A DNA stretch of 64,000 bases from Eledone cirrhosa (taxonomy: Eukaryota), in assembly GCA_964016885.1 (NCBI GenBank), contig OZ024741.1, positions 291,028,001-291,092,000 on the forward strand, written 5' to 3'. Positions within the stretch are counted from its first letter, which is position 1. The number at the start of each line of letters is the position of its first letter. A program made the translations under genes and the position numbers. Positions 13,275-27,040 of this stretch are shown piece after piece. The notes beneath the pieces were generated by a model. That model did no database searches. It had not been told where the DNA came from and saw nothing but the letters and a program-made list of their open reading frames with translations.

Positions 13275-13458
13275 TAATTGTTTCTACTTTGGGCACAAGG
13301 CCAGCTATTATCCCAGTGTATTACTGGTACTTTATTTTATCGACCCCGTAAGGATGAAAGGAAACGTTAACCTCGGCGGGATTTGAACAGTCCGTAAAGG
13401 GACGTAACTGTGCTGCAAAGCATGACGTCCGACCCTCTACCGATACTGCCAGTCCACC
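13275..13458 (-). mobile_element. SINE family A, full length
   Basis: Reverse complement of the 1087-1272 consensus; flanked by TAATATAATATAAT on both sides. Confidence 0.9.
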
Positions 13459-13569
13459 TTTTAATATAATATAATATAATATAATATATATATAACCTAA
13501 TCTCGGGAATTTTACCCGCCCTAGATAGATATATAATCTCTAGCTGGATTACCTTAAACGATATCTTGT

Positions 13570-13679
<110 letters not shown>

Positions 13680-13720
13680 CGTTTCTGAATTTGTTTAGCA
13701 ACATGACCCTCCCAAAGTAT

Positions 13721-13758
<38 letters not shown>

Positions 13759-13760
<2 letters not shown>

Positions 13761-14110
13761 GCATATAAGACCATTGTTATAAGACCATTGTTGCACCAAT
13801 CAGTCTACTAACCCAAGGCAACTAAAACCGTACGCGAACCTGTAAACATGACTCCTGCCAAACAGACAAATACTCCCTCTCCAAATTTAGAAAATCAAGC
13901 ACCGACCACCCTTTCTCCCAAGCTTGGCATATTTAACGAGATCACAATAGTCACCAAATGTGGGAAGACATACGTTATCAAGCTGCAGCTTTCATATGAT
14001 GTAGTTTCTATATAATAAAGCCAAAGCTATTATTATCTGCAGCCACTACGACCACATTACGTAATCTGACGTAGTCCATCGAACTTAGACTCTGAAACTG
14101 CCCGATTACA

Positions 14111-14112
<2 letters not shown>
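13759..14112 (+). mobile_element. Possible decayed PLE 3' end (GIY-YIG C-terminal relic plus degenerate HHR), TA-flanked
   Basis: (TA)n on both sides; with frameshifts reads TPANRQySLsKLE...FNEITIVTKC, resembling the PLE CxLCxxEK...NxRxExxxKC tail; GTAAT-CTGACGT-AGTC..GACT-CT-GAAAC...ATTAC at 14061-14109. Confidence 0.4.
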
Positions 14113-14149
<37 letters not shown>

Positions 14150-14517
14150 TTTTTCCTGTAACAGCTGAGAGAGCTCTAGGAACGGCGTATTGATATAACA
14201 CATTCTATCCGATGTCCTAAACATGCTGTCAATTGGCCGACACCCATAAATACACATATACACACACAAATACATACACACATACATAGGTGAAGCCAAC
14301 TCGTGTCCGACTACAACCACTTCTTAGACCAAAACAAAACAAAAAGCAGACATTGACAAAAACGTGTTACTGATTTTTGCTGACATCGATCTCGCCTTTG
14401 ATAGCTCATCAAACCAGGAAGTGAATTACATGTCATACTACACATTGTGTAGGTAAGTTTCTTTCTTGCTTAAGTTTGATGATTGGTGTAGCATGCTTTT
14501 TAGTGCGTTGTTACATA

Positions 14518-14913
14518 CGAGGGTAATCCCAAAAGTAAGGTCTCCAAAGCGATGGGGACACAGAGAAACTGTTCGTACTGCTATTGGCAACACTATTGTG
14601 ATTGGTGTTTCCTTCACTCCCAAACAAGCATGTGCGCACTTCGCTGGGATGCTCAATCTTGGCTTGACAGCAGTTGAGAATGGAGCTCCCGTTGAACCCT
14701 ACCCCCAAGTGCGAATTTCGCGCAGTTATTATATAGAGGGCAATCCCAAAAGTAAGGTCTCCTTCCGAGGAAAACATGCGTAACACTCTGGATGCTCTCT
14801 GCATTTTGGTTCCTGAGGTTTCCCAAAGCACCATCCACAGGACTTTAACGGAAAAGTTGCAATATCGGATGTTGCAATATCGGAAGGAGACCTTACTTTT
14901 GGGATTGCCCTCG
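14518..14913 (+). mobile_element. Internally deleted mariner element with three TIR copies
   Basis: TA-flanked 28-bp TIRs CGAGGG(T/C)AATCCCAAAAGTAAGGTCTCC at 14518-14545 and 14886-14913 (inverted), third copy at ~14735-14762; transposase pieces MELPLNPTPKCEFRAVI (ATG 14680) and TLDALCILVPEVSQSTIHRTLTEKLQYR. Confidence 0.88.
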
Positions 14914-15000
14914 TACATACCCCCCCCCCCCCCACATATATATATATACATACACACAAATATTTACCTACATAGATACATTGTTAGATAGATGTATGTA

Positions 15001-15292
15001 TGGTCCCGTAACTCCTGATAGAGCCGTAGTGACGCCGTATTGTCATACGGCGTTTCTAAGGGAATTTTAAGCCTGGTGGAGCCCATCCCTCTCCAGGCTA
15101 GAGTACAGCAAATTTCTTCCAGAGAAAGATAGTAATAGAGAGAAAGGGTTTGAGAAGAAGAGATACAGGAAGAATCGAACCCAGTACTAGACTGGTACTT
15201 TTTTATCGACCTCGAAAGGGATTTGAACTCAGAAAGCGAATACCATAAAGCATTATATCCGACGTTCTAACGACTCTGCCAATTCGCCGCCT
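15001..15292 (-). mobile_element. SINE family C (family-A-like head, distinct tail ending CAGGAGTTACGGGACCA)
   Basis: Homologous to 24090-24375 (+) and 52340-52650 (-). Confidence 0.75.
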
Positions 15293-16799
15293 GATAGATA
15301 CACATATACAAATATATTTAAAGGGCAGTCGCCTCACACAGTGGTATCATCTAATATCTAACATATTCTTAAAAGTTTATAATTTTTTAATTACATTATA
15401 CCAAATTGTTAATGTTACTATTTAAGTATTATATCAATGAATGTGATATTGGACGAAACTGGGAAAGAAATGAATATTTTAGAAAACTAAATATATATTT
15501 TTTGTAAGGTCACCTGGTACTTGGGTGCTGTTTGTCGTGTCCACTCTTGCGAGCATTTCAGCCATGTCTGTTTTTTTTGGATACTTTCCTACTTCATCTC
15601 TTCCCTAATTCCTTCCTTCGTTTCTTCCTCCCCTCGATCTCGCCAATCGCAAAACCCATAAAAAGGGTCATGGAGACTGCCCTTCTTTCCATGTCTAATC
15701 AGTAAAATAAATAAAATGCCTGCCTTGCATTTTATGTATACACGCCACTGATAGAAACACACATGACATACATAAATGCACACATATCACATATACATAA
15801 ATACATACACACATTTACATAATCATAAATACACATACATACAGGCATACATACACACATACATCTTCATACATTCATAAAAGCAATCATACATACTAAC
15901 ATATTTACACGAAGTCATACATAGTTACATAACCAGAAATTCATTTGATAATCTGACACGTCTGGGTCGTTGATGGATCATCAGTGATGACCTTGTCATT
16001 ATATAGAGCATTTAGGGTCAGGACAGTTTGGTGGAGCACATATGAGCTCAGACATGGATGTGTTTAAAACGTTTGATTTACAACCATGTGGTTTCTGATT
16101 TCCTACCCCTGTGTGGCAACGTGTATTACAGTGTTATATCAGGCCCTTAGGTCATGCATATCACACAAATCTGTGGTGTGGTGTATGTACATCAACACAC
16201 ATATATGTTACAGCAGTGATATATAGTGGTACTTAAGTTTCGTTAGGTTATACATACCAACACATTCAGCCTGTTATAACAAATAAATAAATATAGCTAC
16301 CACCACAGGTTGATATAACGTTTTTATTGAAATTCAAATCAGTTAATCTAGTCTATACCATTTTATCAGAATGAATTTCGTTTCGTGTGGACAGCAACTA
16401 AAGCAGTCGAGAAAGAAGGTGAACACAAAGATGCAATAACATACGTCTTATAAGATTCACATATGTTAGAAACAGAAAATAAATATTTCAATGAATTGGA
16501 CGTCAGTCCTTCATTGGGAGAGAACAAAGTTCGGAGAAAGAGGTTGGAAGGTTGACAAAAAAAAATAAAACAATTTTTCAGTTTAGAAAATCTGATTAAA
16601 AATGATAATGCATATATATTTATAAAATAAATTACTACTACCACCACTACTACTACTACTACTACTACAACAACAAAAACTTTCCCGGCCATACAAACAA
16701 AAAAGAGTTTATCTTTTGTACATACATCGAAAATTTGGACCACTTACAACATACACAGTTTGTGTAGAGATTTCAAAGCTGACATCCTGCGTCCAGGAG

Positions 16800-17410
16800 T
16801 AATGACATTACCCACAAAAGAAAAAGAGAACTATTAAAAATGTCTATCCTCTATAAGTATCTCAATAGAAACATAAGGATCCTACTTCCACTGAGACTAA
16901 ATAATGCTTTGAGTAATTGTGGTCTTCAGTTCCATTTCAAGAGGGGAACAACACGGGATGGTTGTAGCCTTATCCGAAAGCGAGGAAGAGGCTCGCAGAC
17001 TCACCACAATGATCTGCACCACTCGACATTACGTGATGGTATGCTTTTATTTCTGTTGTAGACTCAAGAAATTTCGTATTTGCCACCTGAAGCCCCACAC
17101 GGATCAGACCAGATTAATGGCAATGGGGAAGTGACTGATGTGAAATGAACTCACCAAGCAAATAAAACCAGAATGAGTTTGGAGTCTGAAGCAGTAGTGC
17201 AATTATCAATGGTTACCAGCATACCGGACCACTTCCAGTTCGAGTACTGCGAACAAAGGAGGGTGATAATGGCAGACAGAAGACCGAAATACTGGAGACG
17301 TTCCCCTGACCTGGATGGTTTGCCATACAAGCTCTATATTCCCTTACAGTGTTGTTTGATACAGTCATGGCAACCGTCTACTGCAGCTGAAAACAGACAG
17401 GAGTAGATAA
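16800..17410 (+). pseudogene. Possible decayed ORF1 (gag-like) of an L1/Tx1-type LINE
   Basis: Frameshifted EKRTIK..SSISRGEQHGMVVALSESEEEARRLTT..VIMADRRPKYW resembles the RRM-like region and zinc-knuckle entry of such ORF1s; recognition from memory only. Confidence 0.4.
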
Positions 17411-17505
17411 CATAAAGTACCAGTAACGCACTGGTTTCGATTTAATCGACTTTCCCCTCTCCCAAAATTGTTGGCCTTGTCTAAATCAGAAATAGTTTCT
17501 ATTAT
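17410..17505 (+). mobile_element. 3' fragment of SINE family A, long variant
   Basis: ATAAAGTACCAGTAACGCACTGG..GATTTAATCGACTTTCCCC..GGCCTTGT. Confidence 0.75.
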
Positions 17506-19924
17506 CATCATCCTCATCCATGAATTTCACACTAGAGTTATCACGACGACATACCAATATACAATATTAACCTTCAATCTCATAAATGGAACGGTTTATT
17601 ACCCGACCCAGTATTATATTCAATAAATACCAGAGTTATATGTTCAATCAACCATGTTCTTCTAGTTTCTATAGATCTAGGCTCACGCGAAATAATTATT
17701 GCACCTACTCTCTCGCACGCAATTCTCTAAAACCCCTAGGCTCCAGAATCTAAATCATCAATCCATCGTCGACACATTTGCAGCGTTAGCCTACAAACTT
17801 GCTAGTGGATAACTAAATACATAAATACCCTTATTAATTGTATCAATCTGATACGTTAACTTGTAGAACTAAATGACTTGCCAGCATTTTTAACGGTTGG
17901 TATATGTTCTCTCTCTGCTTTCTGATTCAAAATCATACAACAAATAATATAACAAAAGCAGGTATGAAATCTCTCATTGCCAACATATTGTAGCCTCTGA
18001 CATAACAGGCTTGTCCCCACCGCTTTCTCGGCTTTTGCATTTTCTTCCACGACTAACTGACCTCCGCCTCTGGGAGATGGCTGGTCGCATGCAAGAAATT
18101 CCAAATTCGCACGGTTCTTTTCAACTATATTATGTTCACTTTCTCACAGGTCTTCTCAAGCCCGGACAAAGTGAGTAATTCGATTCCTGTTTATAATTTC
18201 TCTGCATTAATCGATTTTAATCCATAAATTTCATCCTTATTTCAAATCACAGTATTTTATTTTTATTGGATTTAGGTATGGTGGAATTTCACTGAGGGAT
18301 GAGAGATTTTTAGGCGACCAACATTTATTGCATTTAACTCTTTCAAGGGAACAATAATGCCCGTCGATCTCCATAGGACCCGGAGGGCCTGGGGCAACAA
18401 TAGGCATCAGCAGGATCTCCAAGAAAAATTTTGTAAAGTGACGTCAGATATTCATAAACTATCACCTTGGTTCTCGGACCTAGGGCCGATATGATTTGCA
18501 CAGTCATTCTCCCCTCCGAACCACCACCCGCCAAAATATTCATAATTTAGAATTGTTTACACAGAACACACAGTGAAAAAATATAATAAAACCAAAGAAC
18601 CAAAGCACAAGGACAAATCAACACTCACCGGCACAACATTCGGCCAACATAAGGAAATCATGGCACTTAGTTTACAAAGAGTACATCTGCTTCCTCATCA
18701 CCGTCATAGAGTCAGTAATATATTATGCCTCATTCCTTGCAGCGACTACCAACTTTTCTGTCATAAAAACGATAACAATTTACAAAGAACAGGAAAACAA
18801 ATGTGAACACACTCAGTCTATACACACACAAACAGACACATATACAGAATGAGAGAGCAAGACACACACATACGCACCGTCTAGACTATTTTGACGGATT
18901 ACAGGTACACTTAGCAACGTGTAAGTACATATAGAAATATGACATACTAATAGTTACATCGATACATACATCATCGTTCGTTTAAAAAACGCTGATATAC
19001 ATACTACATACACCCACACATACACGCATGTGATAAATACTGTATGTATTTATAATTATGTATGTATACCAAAATATACAATCACCCACATATATACACT
19101 AGGATTTATAATTTGTCAAACACACCTGTTTATATTATAATCTTTCATACAGAAAGCATTGAGTAATATACGGCATTCATACATAGATAGATAGATACAT
19201 ACATCGTATGTGTGTGTGTATTTACAAAAGAGAATATAATGAAACCAAGTACCTGGTGAGAATCGAACCTAAGTAAGTATAGGTAAACATCCAAAACACG
19301 AGTGCGATAAGGGCGGGGGTTGCGACAACAACAACTAGAGAATACAAAGGGGTAGGGGTGAACGGGGGAGTAAACTGAACATCGTCTGAATGGTACATGG
19401 CTAGACTAGCTCACTGTATAGGATGACACAAGTAAACAGTGTAGAATAACAATGAGAATTCTGATGGTAGTGGTGGCGGATCAGACAGAGAAATACCGTG
19501 TAGCAGGTATGTAGTATGTAATGCTGGATTTATGTGTTACGTTCAAACTGTTTGATAGGCTGAGGGTGAACAGTTACACTACAACAACTACAACAAACAA
19601 CAGCAACAACTTCAACAAGGATATGGCAGCCGATGGGAGAAGTAAAATAAATAAAAGTATAAGTATAAAAAAAAAAAAAACGATAAACACTTCCAACAGC
19701 GTACATGCAGATTTGTTTTAGCACGTCACGTGATTGTCGCCAACCAATCAAATTAAGTCAACAAGTTGACAGAAAGAAATTGCTTTTAAAACCTTAAAAT
19801 AAAGGTTAATGGAAAGCAAACAAAAAAAAAAGATTACAAGCAGACTAAAACACACACACACACACATTGATGTATACAAATATAAACACAGACAAACACA
19901 CATTAAGATAAAGGTAATTATACC

Positions 19925-20105
19925 TTTGTCGGTTTCTACAATGAATGTTGCAGTTATTCGATCAACAGAACGGCCTGATCACGAAATTAACGTGCACGTA
20001 ACTGAGCATTCCGCAGTCACGGATACATATAATCTAATTCTGTTAGAGGTTCTGTGTGACAGAGCGTATGACACGGCTGTCCCAGCCTTTGAACTACCAG
20101 TACAC
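19925..20105 (-). mobile_element. SINE tail D fragment
   Basis: Reverse complement of the 9320-9500 tail. Confidence 0.6.
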
Positions 20106-21223
20106 TCCATTCGACAAAATTCTGTCCACTCATTAAAATGCTAGATTTATTTATATTACAGAGTACCTAGTAGAAATATGCCCCATAATCTAGAATCGAA
20201 CGGGATAAGCAAGAACTGAGTGGAAGACCAACAGTTGGACTGCGTCAGGAAGTGCAGGGCCACCAAGCGAAATTATGCAAGGTTATACAAGACCCGTTTG
20301 GGGCCCGAAGCAGGCGGCGACTTTATACCGGCGACATTGCTATCTACTGGGTGTCATATTTTCACTTCTCAGCTAAGGCGCGTTCCCATTTCTGTTTCAA
20401 TTTGTGTGCATAGCTACGACTTCAGTTTTTCATGACACTGTTCAAGTTTTCTTTTTCTTCACTTTGCCTAACCTAGGGGTCCTGCAGCTTAACGGACATT
20501 AACCAAAGGCTAATCCGCCTGTGACTACCCTTATAATTCACAGATAGTGTGCACATATTCTAATTCAAATAGCCATGTTTGTCATGCAGACAATGTCACG
20601 TCGATTATAACAAAATATTACGGTAAAAGTACAAGTGTCTGTGGAGTACAAGATCGACAGTATCTGTAATTAGACTTGTCATATACACAGTATCAGGCTG
20701 TCGGTAACAAAAGATCATGTTATGGGGACAGCTGCCTGAGCAATAGTCAGACACTTATGTTATACAACAAGATCGACTGTGTGTAATTCAAAACGTCACA
20801 CAGTATGTCAGGATGATTCGAATTGATAGTTACGTTAAGGAATTCTTAAACACAATGCACTACAATAAATAGAAATATTCGGGAAGGTAGGAGGTCCACG
20901 TTTGGTTTGCCGAATTCGGTTTAGGGTGTTTGCCGAATGTCTGTGGACTGATTATGGCAACAGCGTTCTTATTTACGTATAAATGAATGAACGTATATGC
21001 AGAGAGAGAGAGAGAGGAGAGGTGTATGTGTGTGACTTCATGACCATGTACAGAGAGGGAGAGAGTGAGAAAGTACTTCGGAATTCAAAGTTCAAAGATC
21101 CAGGCTTGTCATGTATCAGGTTGATTATGACTAATGGATTACATTCATGGGGTTGTGTACAAAATTCAGTTAATTACACTTTAATATATAGTATGTTTTT
21201 GAAACAGCGAGCAAGTTTGAAAT

Positions 21224-21411
21224 TAGAAAATAGATGCTTTCACCGTATTTTTGTTTTTAGTAAAGAAATTTTAGCCTGATAATGGGATTTAGAACCCTCA
21301 GAGAAATGGAAAAAGATGAGTATTGACGTACATGTACGTCAATACTCATCTTTTTCCATTTCTCTGAGGGTTCTAAACCCCACTTAAGGCTAAAAAAGCT
21401 TCTATTTTCTA
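21224..21411. repeat. Palindrome with a perfect 90-bp core (21288-21377) and imperfect extension
   Basis: Centre GACGTACA|TGTACGTC, 45-bp arms exactly complementary, short (TA)n on the right. Confidence 0.93.
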
Positions 21412-22602
21412 CTTTAATATATATATATATCGTTGATAAAAAAACTGATACTAATTGTTGAAACTGACGGACGATCCATGCACATTTCCGCTCTGTATGT
21501 TTATGTAGCGTTGAAACTGATTTCCTAGTTTAAGTGATACACATGTGTAAAACATATCTCTAGGATTTCTATTTTTGTTATTCCAATGCAGTCCATCATG
21601 TGTAACTATCTTCTACTATGGTCCCATGTTGACCAGTAATTTGTAAGTAGAATTTCGTAGACGAAAACTGCCGATATTAGCTACTCACTATAAACCTTAA
21701 GCACGACCATCAGATGTTCCCATACACACACAACACCACCCCAAACACACACACATACATACATACATACATTTCAATCGCAATGCTTGGGTTGGTCAAA
21801 AGTTGGAGTAAGGAGAATTGCTTAATATGCCGCACAGTTTGTATGATTGTTCATGCATCCAGTAATTCTGGAATATATGACATACCCCCATCGCACTTTT
21901 TGACGGTACGGGCCCACTAGTATCAGAATAAACCACACAGAAATATGTAAAGTATATGTTTTTGAGTTTGTTTAATGGTGTGAGGGACGGGTAAGCTTTT
22001 TTCTTTTCTTTCAGTCAAAGGTAAACGGTATTTGATTAGTGAAGCTTGGTAAAAAGTTCAGAGGCGCAGACAGACTACATACAAATATGTATATACATAT
22101 ATTCAAATATTTGTCTATCAGTGGGTGTGTTTCATATAAATGGGTTGGTGCTGCTGGTTTTGTTGTTTATCAGTCATCAATAGAAAAAGAAGAAATAATG
22201 AAAGAATATTTTAATGGTGTGAAGAAACAGAGCAGAAATCCGGGTATCTATACGTGTGTGTGTGTGTGTAAAATACAAAATATATTCATACATAGTCATA
22301 TATATATATATATATACACATACATACATAAAATACAAAATATGTATATATATATCCACATATATAAGTAAAAATGTACAACTAGTGAATGTGTTCGTCT
22401 TTATGTGTGCGCGTAAAGAGAAAGTAGGTAATGAAAAGGCGGGAGGTAGAAAGAACAAAAGTGTGTATACGTGTGTCTGGGTCAAATAAATGTCTGGTAT
22501 GTACATATGCGTCTCCCTCATTTTGTCTACTCACACCTATTCATATATCGGTATATACATTTTTTTTTGTAAACGCATGCGCACATGTGTTTGAGGGGGC
22601 AT

Positions 22603-22635
<33 letters not shown>

Positions 22636-22720
22636 ACAAAATGACTGAATACACTAAACTATACATATATATCTATACACACATGTTCTTCAATGTTTAG
22701 AACAAGATACTTCAATAAAA

Positions 22721-23457
22721 TAATTGTTTCTACTTTTGGCACAAGGCCAGCAATTACACAGTGTATTACTGGTACTTTATTTTATCGACCCCATAAGGAT
22801 GAAAGGCAAAGTTAACCTCGGCGGGATTTGAATTCAGAATGGCAAGGGCCGTAACTCTATGCGTCAAAGCATGGCGTCCGACCCTCTACCGATACTGCCA
22901 ATCCACTGGCCATACTTTGATAAAATAATAATGATTTCTAGTATAGGCACAATGCCAGTAATTTGGGGAGGGGAAGTCGATTAAATCGATCCCCCAGTAC
23001 GTTACTGGTGCTTTATTTTATCGACTCGGTAAGAGTGAAAGGCAAAGTTAACCTCGACGGGTTCTGAACTCGGAACGTAAAGGGCCATAACTCCGTGCAC
23101 ACAATTGACTTTTATCAGAGTTTTATAGAATATATAATAATTGTTTCTACTTTTGGCACAAGGCCAGCAATGATCCCAGTGTATTACTGGTACTTTATTT
23201 TATCGACCCCGTAAGGATGAAAGGCAAAGTTAACCTCGGCGGGATTTTAACTCAGAATGGCAAGTGCCGTAACCCTTTGCTCCAAAGCATGGCGTCAGAC
23301 CCTCTACCGATACTGCCATTATATATAATAATTGTTTCTATGTTTGGCACAAGGCCAGCAAATACCCAGTACATTACTGGTACTTTATTTTATGGACCCC
23401 GTAAGGATGAAAGGCATAGTTAACCTCGGCGGTATTTGAACTGAGAACGTTAAGAGC
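22721..23457 (-). mobile_element. Cluster of four co-oriented SINE family A copies (22721-22911, 22928-23095, 23137-23318, 23327-23457)
   Basis: Each begins TAAT(T)G(A)TTTCTA and contains TTTATCGACCCC..AAGGATGAAAGGCA; the first has a TSD-like ATACTT..ATAAAATAAT. Confidence 0.9.
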
Positions 23458-24051
23458 CAGACCTAAAGACTGTAAAAATATTTCATTTGATTTTTAACGA
23501 TCCGGGATTTAGTCAGTTGCATGTGAATCAACAGAACCTACAGCAAAATATATGGAATGTGTAAAACATGGATATGGGAATGTCCAATGTAATACTGAAA
23601 CATAGTAAGTCCCGATTAACTTAATTCAGGCTCTTCCCTTCATTCTTCTCTCTTTCGGTAGAGAAGGAATGAAGCCAATCAGACCAATTGCACCTAAGTG
23701 GTATGGGTGTGGTCGCTAGAGTAATCTATTCTCGGCTTGTCAAGTACACACAACACATTACTATATATATGTAATACATAATTGGGTCACCGGCCTCCTA
23801 AAGCTAACCCTACCTCGTAAAATCGGCTGTGTTGTGCCGTGAAAAGAGCCGCCGATGTGGTTTGGACACTCACATCGACTTATCCAATAACGGAGCAGGG
23901 TCGAAGGTGATATTGAAAAATCACTTTGGTACTAAACCTTCGAAGGATGAGGTCTATCACTGGCGTCTTTTTTGAGAGAGGTGTGTGTGGTGGTGGTGCT
24001 GGTGGTGGTGGTGGTGTGTGCGTGTGCGTGTGCGTGTGCGTGTGTGTGTGT

Positions 24052-24086
<35 letters not shown>

Positions 24087-24089
24087 AGA

Positions 24090-24375
24090 GCGGATTGGTA
24101 GAGTCTTTTGTAGGTCAGAATGCTTTGTGTTATTCGTTTCTACTCTGAGTTCAAATCCCACCGAGGTCAACTTAGCCTTTCATCAATTTTAGATCAATAC
24201 AAAATGTACCGATTCCACCTCTATATCCCTTTCTCTTTTTTATTCGGCCCACACTCACTCCCCTACTCTTGGGGAAATCTATTGTATTCAAACCTAGATA
24301 TTTGGACTCCGCCAGGTTTTAAAAGTGCCGTCAATACGGTGCACCTACGAATCCCTCAGGAGTTACGGGGCCATG
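24090..24375 (+). mobile_element. SINE family C
   Basis: GAGTTCAAATCCCACCGAGGTCAAC head plus tail CCCTCAGGAGTTACGGGGCCA. Confidence 0.7.
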
Positions 24376-24432
24376 TTTGTGAATGCGTGTGTGAGAGAGA
24401 GAAAGTGTACATGTATGTGTTTGTATGTCTAT

Positions 24433-24720
24433 AGGTGAAGACGCATGGCCTAGTGGTTAGGGTTCTGAACTTATGATCATAATAACATGGATTCAATTCA
24501 CGTACCGGGATGTACGTTTTGTTCTTGAGCAAAACACTTCATTTCACATTTCTCCGGTATACTCAGCTGCAAATGAATACCAATAGTAACTGGGGTTTAA
24601 CCCTGCGATAGACGGGCATACTGCCCAGGGGGAGTTTGTACTCTGTCACATAACGCCACTGTAACCGGGAGAAGCACCGGTCTCATCAACCACCGGACTC
24701 GGGATAGATTTTTAGATTAT
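24433..24720 (+). mobile_element. SINE family B (CORE-like)
   Basis: A box TGGCCTAGTGGTTAGG, B-box-like GGATTCAATTC, core GTTCTTGAGCAAAACACTTCATTTCAC. Confidence 0.75.
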
Positions 24721-26224
24721 GAGTATATGTGAGTGTGTGAGAGAAAGAGAATGTGAAAATATATATGTATATGAGAGTTTGTGTTTGAGAGAGAGAATAA
24801 GAGACAGAATAAGAGAGAGAATGAAACAAACAATTTTTTTTACGAATCTTTCTTTGTGTGTGTTAAAATAATGAACTTACATTTATTCACACACTTTTAC
24901 GACCGACATACAGTAAATTTACATGTATATTAATATGTATGGGTGTATGTTCTGAGACACAAATAAATATATACATCCATACGTACGTAAATATACATAT
25001 ATATATATTTACGAAAATTACGACCATCCCCCATAATTCTAATAATCTTAGTTAATGATATTAGTATGCTTAAATAACAATAAGCAAATTAAGAAACAAA
25101 CATGAGAGTACAACTCAGCATCGCTACATCAAGGATGCAGGCCCGGGCGGCGTAGTTTTCTTGTGCGTGAGAGCATACCTGTAGGCCACCCCGGCACCCT
25201 ACCAGAGTCGCAATGTAATAGCCCTTTCAACTCATGTTGCTCGCTTCTATGCGTAGCCTACTCCGCCTCTATAGAACTGAGTTACGTACGCCAAGCAATA
25301 CTAATTAACGTAATGCGTTGGCCACCATAGGTTTTGCGGTTTCGCTCTTAAAGCTCAGCTTATTTTCACATGATTAAAAAATGTTCAAACTATGTTTGTG
25401 TCGTCTTTATATGTTGTAACTTAGCTCTTTTGCCAATAGAGATTGATAAAATGTGCTGAACAGAAATAACTCCTGGGGTGAGGGTGACATGATCGATGCA
25501 AATCCTTGGAGGTTTTACCAGTTTAATGTATTGAAGCCAGTAAAAGACAAAAAAGAAAGAAAAAAAAAGAAAAACAAACGTGTGTGTATGAGTGTGTGAA
25601 TCTACGTGTGTATGTGTGAGTGTGTTTGTCTGTTTGCATGTGTATTCTCAGAGGATGAAAGGAAAACAAATGAAATAAAACAAATAAAATAAAAACGAGA
25701 AATAATAGAACAGCCGAATAATAGAATGAGATAATAGGAATAATCGAATAATAGGATAATTAAATAATACGAATAATTAAATGAAAGAATAATGTAATAC
25801 AAAAAAAGAAGAAAAAAAGACATACGAAAACAGGTTATCGCCCTCACTTTGCGAATTCCTACATACCTTTCGCATGGCCTCATAACCTCCAACCCTCCCT
25901 TCTATCTGTGTGTCTGTATGTCTATCTGTGACTGTATAAGTTAAGCGAAAATCTTTAAAATCTATTTTTGTTTTAACACTTTTTACAGAGTGTGTGTATA
26001 GTGTTGGGATTGTGGCTTGCGACTGGTGATGTTTGCTGTGTCTTGTTTTCATTTATTACCGTCCCCTCTCACTTTCTTTCACTCTCTTCTTCCAAGCCTC
26101 AATTTTTATCTTATTTTTATTAATATTTTATACATTTATTTATTTACTTCAGGTCAACCTTGCTAAAACCGTGACAATCCTCTCTTTTGTGTTAGAGACA
26201 GTGAATATCTAGGACGAGTTTAAC

Positions 26225-26690
26225 TATAGGTGACGAAATGGTAGAAACTTTATAACGTCTGACAAAATGCTTTCTTGCAGTATTTATTTATTGCACGAGT
26301 TTAAATTCAACCAGATTAAATTTGGCTTTCATCTATACGGGAGCGAAAAAATAAGTATCAATCAAGGACAGTTATCTGGCGAAATCATTAGAGCGTAAGG
26401 TGACATGCCTTGCGGTATTTGTTCTCCCTTTCTGCGTTTTTAGTGCTTGGTACATAATCCGGTTTAACCTCTCAAAATATATCTTTGGTACATTTAGCAG
26501 AGTCGGCACAGTCGGAAGCATTACTACCTGCTCCCACCCAGTTTCGACTGGCTAGTAAATTTAGTAATGTAAAGTTGATTAAATCAATCCATTACTTGAC
26601 TGGTTAACAAAAGAGAGCTTGGTGGGATTTGAACTCCAATGAAAACAGCCAAAATAAATATAGTTTTTCTAATTCCGCCAAATCATCAGC
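26225..26690. mobile_element. Several strongly decayed SINE family A-like fragments
   Basis: GAGTTTAAATTCAACC..GGCTTTCATCTATACGGG on the plus strand; GGGATTTGAACTC on the minus strand. Confidence 0.5.
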
Positions 26691-26702
26691 TTCAATTGTA
26701 AT

Positions 26703-27040
26703 ATAATTGTTTCTACTTTTGGCACAAGGCCAGCAATTAACCAGTGCATTACTGGTACTTTACTTTATCGACCCCGTAAGGATCAAAGGCAAAGTTAACC
26801 TCGGCGGGATTTGAACTGAGAATGGCAAGGGCCGTAACTATGCGTCAAAGCATGGCGTCCGACCCACTACCGATACTGCCAATCCACCTGGTTTCTAATG
26901 GAGGCAAAAGGCCAGCAATTTTGAGGGAAGGGGAAATCGATTAAACGGACCCCAGTACTTCACTGGTACATTAGTGCACCCACCACATGATTACAAAGTT
27001 CACCTAGGTGTGATTTGAACTTAGACCGTTAAAGACACGG
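26703..27040 (-). mobile_element. Two adjacent SINE family A copies (26703-26888 young, 26889-27040 older)
   Basis: Consensus match on the minus strand. Confidence 0.85.

Noticed and set aside
15950-15992. Minus-strand CTGATGA...AGACGTGTC as a hammerhead
   Set aside because: No GAAA box and no convincing stem I or II.
18237-18422. Collagen-like PGPPGP peptide
   Set aside because: Only two Gly-X-Y triplets in a short ORF, with no evident exon context.
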